From Coniocarpon cinnabarinum (Eukaryota), in assembly GCA_051942205.1 (NCBI GenBank), contig JAVECO010000027.1:62001-126000 (forward strand): a stretch of DNA of 64,000 nucleotides. Reading direction: 5' to 3'. Position 1 is the first letter of the stretch, and each line of letters starts with the position of its first letter. Below the pieces are notes generated by a model. It did not search any database. It was not told the DNA's origin and saw nothing but the letters and a program-made list of their open reading frames with translations. The translations under genes were made by a program, and so were the position numbers. Shown piece after piece: positions 45,541-57,481 of the stretch.

Positions 45541-48228
45541 ATGACCGCGGCCGGAAAGAAGAGGCCAGGGCCTCTCGCCGAGGAGCCCATGCGCAACAAG
45601 CGCCGCTCGCTTTCAACGACCAGTCGTGACACAACGGCCGCGAACTCTCCAACTGAGCAAATTCCTCTACAATATGCGCCGATCGAAAGCCATCCATATC
45701 CTCAGCAAGCCGAGCAGGCTCCCATGGTTGCACCTACCGATCCGCAGCTCACGAATGAGCATGCACAGCTGGCTCAAATCAGACAGTTCAACAATTCTTA
45801 CCCTGAGTATCAGGATGGACGGGCGCAGACAGCCGAGAACGATGCACTAGGAGATACCACACAAAGTCAAACTGGTCAAGGACCACATCAACAGCCAAAT
45901 GGCCAACAAAGCTCGACGCATGCCTCACAAGCAACGCAGAATGCACCACAGCAGCGCTCCTTGCAAAGAACAATGTCATTATCACTTGATGGAGCGGGTG
46001 GTACAGGCACAGATGAGGAGAAGCGAAACCGGAAGGTTGCTAACAACAACGCCGCGAACGAGAAGGAGCTACGCGAGCTCATCGAATTAAATGCCGATCG
46101 CACTCTCGAGTCCATAGCTCGAGATGTGCGAAGCGCAGAGCGAACTCAGAAAGCTGAGAAAGCTAAGCAGCTATTCGCTATGCGATGGTGAGCTTCATCG
46201 TCTTGGATGGCCCTGTCATCATCGCTAATGTGTGCAAAAGGCTTAAACAATATTGTCGTCGAGGCCCCGAATCAGTACCTCGAGCACGTGTTTATACTTT
46301 CTATGCCCAGCGCTGTGGCAACGACCGTGTTGATACACTCAACCCAGCATCATTCGGCAAGCTCGTGAGGATCATCTTCCCAGGCATTCAAACTCGACGA
46401 CTTGGTGTGAGAGGAGAGTCAAAATATCACTACGTCAACTTGGCCCTTGCCGATGATTATCAGATGGGTAGCACTCGCCCAGGCAGCGCTCACGTATCGC
46501 CTGGCTCAGAACGTGCCACCCCCGTTGATCCAGAAATGTCCTTTCGGTTTGTCTTTGTAACTCCACCTGTCCGGATAGGAAGAAGCTAATCGCCACCTCA
46601 GTGCTTCCATGCCTGCCCCTGCAGATACAGCCAGCTTTCCTCAGCATGAGCAGAGCTTACAACAACCACCAATCACGACCACGTCCAATCCTGCATCTCA
46701 GGGATACCTCTTTGCTGAACCGGTCAATACTGAATACGGATCATCGTTCAACAACCGTCCAATGTATAAGCAAAAGCTTTGCTTTTCTCATCATGGCGAT
46801 CAGTCACCCGCAAATGATGCGCTTAATTTTCAAGTCCCGGATATCACGAAATTCGTACCGCCCGGCTTTGACAAGGAACAATCACTCGGCCTTTACGAAC
46901 TCTATAGAGCACATTGTACTTCCGTTGTCGATGCCGTCCGTTACGTGAAAGAGAAACAATTTTTCAAGCTTATCGGTTCCTTCAATGGCACAATGACGGT
47001 CCCTGTGTCAAAGCTATTTCAACAGCCCTCTATTGCTGACTGGATCAAAGAATGTGACCGTGTCATGTACCAACAGATCATCCAATTCGTCTCGCAGCTC
47101 GTCCTGCAGGTTCTTCCGGAACCTGTCTACCTCATGCTTCGCAATATTGGCAACGGACTCATCTCTCACATCAAGAAATACTTCTGTCAGTACCCGGAGC
47201 ATGTTGTACAAGCTAAGCTCGAGGTCGCCACCGTGTTTTGCAGCCTGCTAAAGCGTTTACTCCGCGTTAATGAGACCGCCCACGCTGCCGCCAATTTGCT
47301 CATGAAGGACGAGATGCGCGCCATCATGTGGGCGGACTGGGTCAACAGCGTCGGCGCGCGTCGTGTGGTCGAGACCTCGTTGCCACGCTGCGGTCATGAA
47401 GAAGGCATCCACATTCTTACCTCTGAAATGCGCCTTCTTCTCGCACCTCTCCCACCCAACGTCGAGATCCCCGAGCCGCCTGAGTTCGCCGAAGCCGCTG
47501 CAAATTTCAATATGGATGGCATTCATTGGCCTGACTACGCTACTGCCGATAACATCATGGAGCGTTGGTCCGCATTTCTGAAGAGGCTGCCCAGTCGCTT
47601 CCCGGACGTACCAACACGCACGCTACTCTACTGTCTCGAATCTGTTGGTTGTGCTGCATTAAGAGATGTCACTGTTAATGTCGCGCAGTCTTTCGGCGCC
47701 TGGTGGACCACCAAAGTCTGGATGGACGAAATGATGTACTGGCTCGCCGAAATGGGTGGCTTCCTCTCCGACAACACCTCTACACCCGCCGATCCCTCGC
47801 CTGCCTCCCAAACGCAAACCACCTTCGAGGACCACGGCAATCTCGAAGCCGTCCTGAGTACGTCCCTCGCCGGCGTCCCACAGGACCCCTCTCGTCCTGC
47901 AACTTCGACAGAACTCCCCCGTCCCAACTCCGCACACCCGAACCTCGAATTCGGCACGATGACCGGATTTAGCCCGCCCTTGACCGGACAGCGCCATTCT
48001 AGCGGTCCGCCCGGTTTGACTTGTGAGTCTTTTGCCCCTTGTTATGAGTTCTCGAGACCTAGCGGCGATGGGAGGCTTATGGCTGACGCAGAGGTAGTCT
48101 TCGCCGGGACGCCGCGGGGTGGTGGGTTTAAATCGGTGGGAGGGGAAGAATTTGAGGACTCTGGAATTGGGATGGGTCTGCTCGAGGGGAGTACGGGGTT
48201 GACTCCTTTGAAGATGGGGGCTACTTGA
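45541..48228 (+). CDS. RFX-family winged-helix transcription factor (Rfx1/Sak1/CPCR1-like)
   Basis: Spliced FAMRWLKQYC..SVPRARVY...LNPASFGKLVRIIFPGIQTRRLGVRGESKYHY is the RFX DNA-binding domain, followed by a dimerisation region. Introns 46188-46240, 46547-46601 and probably 48023-48097. Confidence 0.94.
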
Positions 48229-48622
48229 TGATAAATACATTGGGCTTGGGATTCCTCTTTAAAGCGGGTGCATGGGTTGAAAGGGCGTGAAGGTGGCAGT
48301 GATTGGGCATGCATGTTTGAGTAACCTATGTGATGCTGGAACGGTTTGGGTTAGTATGATGCGGCATCAGATGGCATTACGGTGGGTAAGATGCCCAGGA
48401 GGTCTGAGAGTGTTTTTGTGTTTTTCCGCTTTTGTTCGAGATACCATTTGCATTGTTGGAATTGGAGGATTTGGTGCCCATTCCTCTTGGAGAATGAGGC
48501 TGGAGGAAGAGATGTATATATGAGTATGAGTATGAACATGAGCATGATCACAAGCTTCACTTGCAGAATTCTGGCCATCCTTTTGTCTGTACCTTCCTTG
48601 TAGGCTTCTCCTTTCCTTGCGG

Positions 48623-48737
48623 TACGTGAGTGGTAGTCTCTCGTTTACGTGAGTAGTAGTCTCTTATTAACAGAAGTAGTAGTCTCTTGTTTACGTGAGT
48701 GGTAATCTCTCGTTTACGTGATTGGTAGTCTCTTGTG
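48623..48737. repeat. Minisatellite, 5 x 23 bp (consensus TACGTGAGTRGTAGTCTCTYGTT)
   Basis: Units start at 48623, 48646, 48669, 48692 and 48715; the third is the most diverged. Confidence 0.92.
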
Positions 48738-49344
48738 CATGAATACGAGTTGAGGTCTTGATACTTGGGTCGGGAAAAGAACTGCAAGTAGGAGTATTTC
48801 GATATCGTTTCGTCTATCGTCAGGTATATATGTTTGTGTGACTGCTGCTCACTCCACGCCATTATCTGTACGCATTACGCAACTTATTCAACGCCATCAT
48901 CCAAACGTTGAGTCTTTCTTCATCCTGTCTCTCTCGGCGGATAGCTCGTCTACGTCGGCCCCTGTACTCTGGTCGTATTGATTGTCCTGTCTTGTTTTTC
49001 TCCCTCCTGATCAACGTTGTTCACGCTTGGAGACGGCGAGCTGACTCGCTGTGCAGGGGCCTCGCTCGTCTTCCGGGGCGAAAGCAGAGATGCTCACGAG
49101 CCAATGCATCTGGTACTCCGAGCAAGTGCAAGGTCCGATCTGCTTATCCTCCCTTGCGAGGCACAGTGTTGAGGCCTCGCACGTTTCACCACAGTTTCTC
49201 GAGCGAACGCATTGCAATTGGCTCTTCTATTCCGAGTATGTGGCATCTGGGGCGGCACGATCCTTCTTCTCGGCACAATTGCCCATCAAGCGTGGTCTCG
49301 TCCTTCTTTGTTAACTGCTTGTCATGAGGTGTCACCGTATCTCG

Positions 49345-50361
49345 TCACCAGACGTCGAAGCATTCACCGTAGACCTTGCACCAGCACTCCGCCATGTGCG
49401 GACAGAAGACCGCGTCTTTGCCGAACATGACATGCCAACTATACTCCATGACGCGGCCCGCTTGATCGTCACTCAGACCCGTCTCGAGTATCCAGTCACG
49501 TATGCGCTCGTAGTCTACCTTGGGTCTCTTACGGATCTGCGCCGAAGATGCCGCCACCTGCGCGCAGCACGCGCTCGCAATGGTTTCGGGCGCCTTCTCA
49601 AGCTCGGGAAAGAACAGAGGATATGCCTCCAAGAAGGCGAGCTCGACCGCTTCCTTCTCCGGGTCTGGAGGCGTATCGTCGCGGGTGAAGCGGTAGGGCC
49701 GGATCTCCGCGGGACAGCCGATGTCCGTCACACATCGCAAATTGACGAAGCCCTGCTCCTGGACGTAGTCGGTCTTGAGGCGGCGGAGCGCGTTCACGTT
49801 ACTGTAGTCGTTGTCGTCGGTGTGCCAGGCCTGTGGATAGCCATCTTTGTGCGAGTGGATGAAGGCGACAGTCTTGGCGAGGTTCTCGTAGTTTTCGATG
49901 ATGTAGGTCAGGTAGGCGAGAGCTTCGCGACCCTTGTTCTTCGGGGTGTGGAGGTCGGCGAGCGGGTCGTCAACGGTATAGACGTATGGAAGCCAAGTGG
50001 GCAGCTCGGAGACCCAGGACGTGTTCTCGGAGGAAAGGCGAGCCATCACCAGGGCTTTCTCGGGTGCTGTGCCATTAGAGACCTTGAAGGAGCTGTAGTC
50101 ATTAGGAGGGCGAGGAATGTTCTCGTGAATGTTCGGGTTGGGCGGTCGAGGAGGTGGTGCGTGCTTGTCTCCCTTGAGAGCATCGTAAAGGAGGTCGCTC
50201 GTCTTAGCTTTGGAGCTCGAGGGCCATTTGATGGAGGGGTGGAAGGTCTTGATGTCTTGGAGATGCTCTTGAAAGCGTTGTGGTGCAGAGGAGATGACAA
50301 TGATGGATATGACTGTGAAGGTTATGAGGCAGGCGAGCGCGATCCGCACAGACTGGCGCAT
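49345..50361 (-). CDS. DUF3431 family type II membrane protein
   Basis: N-terminal TM anchor; PKNKGREALAYLTYIIENY, FIHSH...WHTD, CCAQVA and GRVMEYSWHVMFG motifs; Cys-rich C-terminus. Confidence 0.9.
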   Translation of the reverse strand: MRQSVRIALACLITFTVISIIVISSAPQRFQEHLQDIKTFHPSIKWPSSSKAKTSDLLYDALKGDKHAPPPRPPNPNIHENIPRPPNDYSSFKVSNGTAPEKALVMARLSSENTSWVSELPTWLPYVYTVDDPLADLHTPKNKGREALAYLTYIIENYENLAKTVAFIHSHKDGYPQAWHTDDNDYSNVNALRRLKTDYVQEQGFVNLRCVTDIGCPAEIRPYRFTRDDTPPDPEKEAVELAFLEAYPLFFPELEKAPETIASACCAQVAASSAQIRKRPKVDYERIRDWILETGLSDDQAGRVMEYSWHVMFGKDAVFCPHMAECWCKVYGECFDVW

Positions 50362-51463
50362 TTGGCAAGGTGAGGATTATAGCTTGGGGCGCAATGATGA
50401 GCGAGCAGCAAAGGGACTACATTGAGCGCATGTGTATGACCACAATGACAAGCAAAGAGCTTGCGGAGTGAGTTGAAGGCGGATGTCAACGGGCAGAGTT
50501 CCTGCAGGAGCAGGGATGGGATGGGATGGGATGGGGAGGAAGTTGGAAGGCAGATTGGCAGCCGTGGTGGGATCGAGGCGAGAGTAGTACTCCGTAACGC
50601 TGCACGGTTCCACCAACGGGAGCGGGGCTAGAAACTGTCAAGGTGTCGAAAGTTGGAAGAATCGTCTCCTCCACTGGACACTCGAAACCCTCGAGTAGAC
50701 ATGGAGCATGCTGCGTGACGTTGCGAGCTGACGAGGCACTGACTCCCATGTCGTCGTGTTGTTCGAGCCGGCATTGTCTGCAGCTCCTGAGCTGCTCACG
50801 TGCTCTCTCGAATAGCACAGTGCTACCGAAGTGGAACCAATGTCGATAGAAGACACGAATCAGTGTCGCGCTTTCAGCCGCAAGCGTATTGGTGCAGTCT
50901 GATCCGTGCGCGGCGCTGTCTCATTGCCAAATCTCTTGGCTGTAGAGGAATTCCGGAAAGCTGAGATGTGAAGAAAGCATGAGATACTCATAGGTCAGGG
51001 TAGAGGTCGAGCATTGAGCATTGATCAATAGGAAGTCAATGAGAAATCAATGAAAAGTCATGGCAAGTCACAGGAAGCCACAAGACCTCACGGGTGATGG
51101 ACAAAAGTCCTGGAAGGGTCAGGTGCGGGAGGTGAGCCTCTACGATGAGGAAAATTCAGGTTAGCAAGCTTTGGGTACGGTCGCAAACGCTCGCTGCCCT
51201 TCAAAGATTGTCGAGTCTTAGATGCCGTAAGTGCTTTGCTAAAAAGGCCCGTGCCGCAAAGCTGTCACGTGTTGTGACACTCGTAGCTCGACACTCAGAT
51301 AGGCATTTGATGAGCAAGTCAAGGGTAGGTAAGTGCTTGAATTGCGACAGGGTCACAGAATTTACACATTCCTGTCGAACAACTCCTTGCGTCCTCGCAT
51401 CGGTACAGAACATTCACAATGCCATCAGTGTTGGCTGCGCGATAGCATTCACTCCATCGCACA

Positions 51464-53130
51464 ATGCAGTCGACTCGTACTGTACTCGCTCTGACCGCTG
51501 TGGCCTTTGCGAGTCTAGTAGCCACCCATGAACACCACACTGAGAACATCCCCGAAGGCGAGGGCGTCTCGCCTGAACCCCTCGTATGTGTTGACCATCA
51601 TCACGTATAGCTGCACACACCTCCTGACCACGGTATGCAGGACTCAATACTATGGGCGCATATCCTCATGCAGATCCTGACGTGGGGCTTGATTTTCCCC
51701 ACCGGCATGGTTCTCGGGGTTGGTTCTTCTCTCCAGACCGTTCACTCGGCAGCACCAGCTTATTCGAATTCCAGATTATCCGCTCCAGATGGCACGTTCC
51801 AACGCAAGTACTGGGCACATGTCTCGCTATTGTCGGCTACATACTCGGTCACAAGCACAAGGGAAGACAGTTTGAACATACGGCACATGCATCCTTCGCC
51901 CCTATCCTCGGATTCACCCTCTTTGCCCAGATTGTTCTCGGGGTATACCTGAGACTACATATCGAGCGAGGCTTCCTGGGCACCATCCGCAGAGGCTTGG
52001 TCTTCGCTCATGGTTTCATTGGCAAAGCGATGCCGATCATGATATGGGTTCAATTCGTTTTTGGTGGGATAGCTGCTTTGGGTTTCTGTCGTGGAGACCA
52101 CCTTGGACAGTGTCTGGCGCATTTCATCATGGGCTCCGCATTCATCGCCTACGGCATCATCCTCACTATCGCTCTTTTGGTTGGACAGCTCTGGATCAAA
52201 CGCACAGGCCGTTCACAAGAGTTCTTTGATTCCTGCGTTATTGCAGCTTGGGGTTGCGTCAATACATTCACTGAACACCGATGGGGTGGTCCTTGGGTCA
52301 AGAATGATTTACAGCATACGAGCATGGGTATCATCTGGTGGTGCGCGGGTCTGGTTGGCATCTGGCTCAGCCGAACTCGAGATGGCCGCCCGAAACGCAA
52401 CGTGATCCCTGGAATTGTCATCATGCTCACTGGATATGCCATGAGTGGTCACCCGCAAGAGCTGCATCTGAGCACCATGGTACACGCGTTCTTCGGATAC
52501 ACCCTCATGCTTGCAGGGCTGACTAGGATCATTGAGATCTCGTTCGTGCTCAAGGATCGGGCAACTTTGAGTCCCGATGGAAACGACCCCAACAGCTTCC
52601 AGTATATTCCGATCTTCCTCCTATACGCGTCTGGATTTCTCTTTGCAGGCGCTACAGAAGAGCAGATGGCTTTGCTGAGCCGTGCGAACGTCACTCACGT
52701 CTCGTACATACTCATTCTGTACAGCATCGCCTTTATCCTCTTCCTGTTCGTCAACGTTCTCATTCACATCTATGCATCGCAAAATTTTCCACCAGACTCA
52801 CAAAAGCCCGGCCGGGCTCAAGGACGAAGAAGAAACCAGAAAGTAGAAAACGACGAAGAGAATGCTTCCTGGCCCCACACTGGGTCACAAGCGAACGGCA
52901 GTGCGTCGAGAGGTACGAGCATCCTGGGACCACGGAGCGAAAGGCAACACCTTCGAGACGCGCAGGAGTTTGAATTGGACGCGTTGATCAGCGGAGACGA
53001 AGAGGACAGCCAGGAAGAGCGAGATGAAAAGCTAAGGACAAGAAAGAATCATGAACGGGGCGGGCCTCGCGAAGAAGGAAGTGAGAGTTCCGGTCCCAGT
53101 GTACGAGAAGAGGGGCGTGTGAGACTATGA
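51464..53130 (+). CDS. YTP1: Ytp1-like integral membrane protein
   Basis: Signal peptide followed by HEHH. Exons 51464-51583, 51641-51718, 51775-53130. RSRWHVP, HLGQCLAHFIMGSAF, QEFFDS, NTFTEHRWG and DLQHTSMG motifs. Confidence 0.88.
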
Positions 53131-54509
53131 ATGAACGTGCATGGGTAGCCATTGCATAGCTTGCGGCGTTGGAATTTGCCTGGTGTCGTTGATGCTCGTT
53201 GAGCCTTGATAGATTGGAATTTGGTCATTATCAGCTCCGAGCACAAGCTTTCGTCTTCACATCTGTTGAGCCAGCTAAAGAGACTGTGGAAAAGGTGAGG
53301 TCATTCTGCGCATTCTAGAAGAATACCTACTGCGGGCTCAAGACTGAAAATTACTGGAAGTAGCAAAGTTCGTTAGCGCGGTGCTTAAAAACGTTAGCGG
53401 ATCCGGGGGAGGCGGCGGTCCGATGGGGGATGGGGGAAGCGGCGGAGCTCTTGAACGAATGCATTTGTGCAGCATGATTCAGCGCCTTGAGGGGTGCAAT
53501 GACATGCCCATATGCTCATGGCTGTGTGAAGCAGAATCTATTCATGGCTGGCTGCTTGGGTAGGCTGAACTCCGACAGTGAGTGTTGTGTGTGATGAACC
53601 CTGCCGGTGACGTGGAGAGCAGGGGCTGGCAGGGTTCTGGAGGGTCCACCACAGCGTCGATGGTTCGCGGCGCCTGTCAACGTGGATTTAGCGACATCTA
53701 GGCACTTCTTTTTCTAGGTACCAGGCTCTCTACCTACTTTGGTTTGCATGTGGTTCAGGCATGACGCACGAAGTATTTCAGCAGCCTCCCGCGGCCACAT
53801 AGCAACACTTGCACTTGCGTGCTGCTCACCCGCGCTCTGACGTACACCCCCAGCGCCGCCCAAGTCAATCCAATCGCACTGCCCGCCGAGCAGCTCGACC
53901 TTCTTGGCTGCCTATTTCGACCTCCCGTGACTCTCTCTGATTGCTAACTGTGTACCATCACCCCTCCGCACTCCACCGCACTCCCGACCCTCTAAACCGC
54001 GCTCACCGTGCCACTGTCCTCCATCCTCTGCTGTCGTCAACCTCTCATCATTACCTCGCACCCCAACCTCGAGTCATTGCTCAAAGCATCACGCTACACT
54101 CTGCCCACTCTCCGCCCAACACTCCGACTCTCTCCCTCAATCAATTGTGCTCCGCAGCGCCCACCGCGACTTCTTCACCTGCCCTCCACCCCACGTCGCC
54201 CGCTCGAACACAATTTCCTGCCGACTTCATGTCGCGATAGCGCTTTCTCACTTCCCACGGCCTGGCGGCAAGGGTCTGGAATACGAATACTTGCCGCAGT
54301 GCACCCCTCTGGCTCAATCATAGTCCTGAGGACCCTCAACCTAAGTTTTTGACCTTGAGGCCGATGCTACTCTAGACCTATTGCTGCCCGCCAGAAGCGT
54401 GTACAGGTTCCGTCTCTCGTGGGCACGCGTGTGATACTTGGTTGAACCCCCGCCGATACGGATACGCCACCCCGGATACTGCGGAATGAGCACGACTGCG
54501 GCCTTGAAA

Positions 54510-56960
54510 ATGACGAGTACCAGCAAGTTCTCGCGGGCTTTCAGCCTCAGGGACAGAAGAGGCAGACCACGCAGCAAAGTACGTCGAGTGGTGTCCGTGG
54601 CAAAACTCCAACTGACATACTTCCAGATTCTTGAAACCTTCACAGACAGCCATCACATCTCTGGCCTCGAGGCTGCAGACCCCTACAATATCTTCACCCT
54701 TGATGATGACGCGAAGAGAATATCCAGGGATGAGGACAGGAAGATTGAGGAGATACAATCCCATTTCTCGCGACTTGGTTCCGGTCAGATCCCTGATTCG
54801 CGTGTCGCGTATGCCCTGCGTGCTCCCGACGTCGACGGTGACATGAGTAAAGCTATGGACCTGATCATGCTCCTTAACGATACAATCAGTGGTGTTATCA
54901 AACCGTTCAACCTCAGAAGTAAAATGCTGGGTGCGGTCAACAGGGAGAAGACTACCTGCTACCTAGACGCAACTCTATTCGCAATGTTCGCCAAGACGAA
55001 TGTATTCGAAGCTATGATATATTCCAACTTCCAGGATGAGCCACGTCGGAAACTCGTGATTGTCATACGACTTTGGGTGAATATGCTGCGGACCGGACGA
55101 CTGATTACCACTGATATCACTCGCAAACTCCAAGAGGCCTTGGCAGACTGTGGCTGGCCGGATGCAGGGAGGCTGCGGCAACAAGATGCTTCCGAAGCAT
55201 TCGCCTTCATCACCGATAAGCTGGAGCTTCCGCTGTTGACCTTGAAAACGGACTTGTTTCACCAGGGCAAATACGACAAGGACGACCACAAATATATTAC
55301 GGAGCGATTACTGGACGTGGCCATTCCTGAAAATGTTCCTCAAGGTGCTGCAATCCCTCTGGAAAAGTGCTTGGAAGAGTATTTCAATAATAAAGTGGAA
55401 GTCCGCAGAGAGGCGCATCGACGCAATACCTTGATTCAGAAAAGCGACGGAGAAGCGGCGAAATCATCTGGTGACAAAAGTGCTGTGACGCATATTGAGA
55501 CTACAGAAGTCGATTCGCGCGCCGAAACCCCACGGCCAACAGGAGCTGCCGCATGGCCTGCACCGCCGCATCTACTCTCGGCCAACGACCGCACAACAAG
55601 CATTTTCAGTGAGCGAAAAGTAGAAGCTATTCAGGGTGTAGAAGTGGATCAATCCCGTGGGCAAGATGACAACCGGCCTGTCCCGCCCGCAACGATACGG
55701 AAGGCATCCGTGAGGAAAGAAGTTGCTATGCCGGCCTGGCAATTTTTGAACCTAATCCCCTGGTACACAGATAATGAGAGCGAAGCCGACACGCAGGTGA
55801 AAGCACATTTTGCCTCGCGGCGACCAATGCTTGGTATATGTCTAAAGCGATATAAGATATCGAATAATGGGAACGCTATAAGACTCAACACCCAGATAGA
55901 CATACCTCTGGAGATGGCCCCACCACACTTTGCCATGGATGACCACAATTCAGCCGATGAAAGCGCGAACCCCAACTTGAAGTTGGTGTTGCAAGCGGTC
56001 GTCTGCCATCGCGGACAGCATGTCAACTCTGGCCACTATATTGCCCTCGTCCGTACTGCAAGAAGCGATCCAAACGGCAGCTTCTCCAATTTGACATCTG
56101 GATCAGACCCCGACTCGCGCCAGGACCTGTGGCTGCGACATGACGATCTCTCAGTGAACAGCCGTGTCACCTCGGTTAGCATCCAGGAAGCCCTGAAGGC
56201 GGAGTCGCCCTACCTGCTCTTCTATCAAGTCCTCCCAGTTGATGAAGACAACTTCTCGGATGACCCTCCTCCGTATCAGGAATCAGCTGGGTCTTTCAGT
56301 ACGATTGGGGAGAAGCTTGCTGGACTCGGTCGTCCTTCGATCGAGTTCAATGAATACAGCTCTAGAAGAGCAAGTGTTGCCATCTCAGAAGAATCTCGAA
56401 GCCAGTGGAACTCACAAGCGCTGCACACCAAGAATAGTTCTGAGCTGAGACCGTTGAGCTTCCTGCGTCGCGACAGTGGCAACGTTACTGAATCTGCCAA
56501 CACTCCTCAGCGCACTCGACCGACTACGCCACACGACGAGCTCAAGCAATACAACAAGCAATTGACGGCAGAGCCCAAACGAACCAGAACTAAATCCAGT
56601 CGACCATCAAATGAAATGGGAAAACGAATGGGGGAGCTCGTTTCCCGACTTGGTGGCGGCAGTGGGAGCAGAGAGAAGGTCAACATGCATGAAGTCACGG
56701 TTGCTCAAGTGGACGATGCATCCTCAGATGACAACAACTTCAACGTAACTCATGTAGAAAACGCGGGCGAGCTGACCAAAGACAACACGCTAGTGGACAA
56801 ACAAGCGGACAAACTTCAGCGACAAGGGTTCCTGTCAGCATCGCCAAACGACAAGGGCAAGTCTAAAGACAAGGATAAGAAAACGAAAACCAAAAGTCGC
56901 AGTCGAAGAAGCAGTGTACCGCTAGGAAAACTGCCGGAGAGGGAGTGCATTGTAATGTAG
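54510..56960 (+). CDS. Ubiquitin-specific protease (peptidase C19) with C-terminal CaaX box
   Basis: Cys box N..TTCYLDATLFAMF, QQDASEAF, His box VVCHRGQHVNSGHYIALVR, W.RHDD and PYLLFYQ; ends ECIVM*. Probable 48-nt intron 54579-54626. An alternative in-frame ATG lies at 54486. Confidence 0.9.
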   Translation: MTSTSKFSRAFSLRDRRGRPRSKVRRVVSVAKLQLTYFQILETFTDSHHISGLEAADPYNIFTLDDDAKRISRDEDRKIEEIQSHFSRLGSGQIPDSRVAYALRAPDVDGDMSKAMDLIMLLNDTISGVIKPFNLRSKMLGAVNREKTTCYLDATLFAMFAKTNVFEAMIYSNFQDEPRRKLVIVIRLWVNMLRTGRLITTDITRKLQEALADCGWPDAGRLRQQDASEAFAFITDKLELPLLTLKTDLFHQGKYDKDDHKYITERLLDVAIPENVPQGAAIPLEKCLEEYFNNKVEVRREAHRRNTLIQKSDGEAAKSSGDKSAVTHIETTEVDSRAETPRPTGAAAWPAPPHLLSANDRTTSIFSERKVEAIQGVEVDQSRGQDDNRPVPPATIRKASVRKEVAMPAWQFLNLIPWYTDNESEADTQVKAHFASRRPMLGICLKRYKISNNGNAIRLNTQIDIPLEMAPPHFAMDDHNSADESANPNLKLVLQAVVCHRGQHVNSGHYIALVRTARSDPNGSFSNLTSGSDPDSRQDLWLRHDDLSVNSRVTSVSIQEALKAESPYLLFYQVLPVDEDNFSDDPPPYQESAGSFSTIGEKLAGLGRPSIEFNEYSSRRASVAISEESRSQWNSQALHTKNSSELRPLSFLRRDSGNVTESANTPQRTRPTTPHDELKQYNKQLTAEPKRTRTKSSRPSNEMGKRMGELVSRLGGGSGSREKVNMHEVTVAQVDDASSDDNNFNVTHVENAGELTKDNTLVDKQADKLQRQGFLSASPNDKGKSKDKDKKTKTKSRSRRSSVPLGKLPERECIVM

Positions 56961-57481
56961 GAGTCGCAGAAGGACCGATTGAGTAGCACTGCATAGATGG
57001 GCGTTCAGCAACCACTTACGATACCCAATGTCTACGAGGGACGGCAATAACGGCAAAGGTTTACGAAGTGTACAAGTCTGCATACGAATTGACACATGGT
57101 GGTACAGCGTTAGCTAGACGGACGTACGTAATAATCAGACTGGCCTAATGGCTTTGAGCCAGGCTGGATATCCTTCGACTTTTGAAAACGATTGAATGAG
57201 AGCATCTGAAGACCTATATTTGCGTGCAGCTGCGTTCACATAACAGAGTCCCTGCTCATCAGAGGCGCGCGGCCAGTGTGCTGCAAACGGCCGCAACTGA
57301 GATGATTGGCATATGTCACGTGACGTTCCAGAAGTGAAGGTGCCGCGGAGAGGGTGAAAGGAATACGACATATATTGCTTCCATTCTAAGTAATGTCCGG
57401 CCAATCTTCGTTGAGCGTTGGCAAAAGGCCGCTTTTCACAACAAGCTTGCTTGCAGCTCATCTCAAGCTAGACGATGGGCA

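Noticed and set aside
49324..50373. 349-aa plus-strand ORF fully overlapping DUF3431
   Set aside because: Antisense frame of a GC3-rich conserved gene. The translation has no recognisable motifs.
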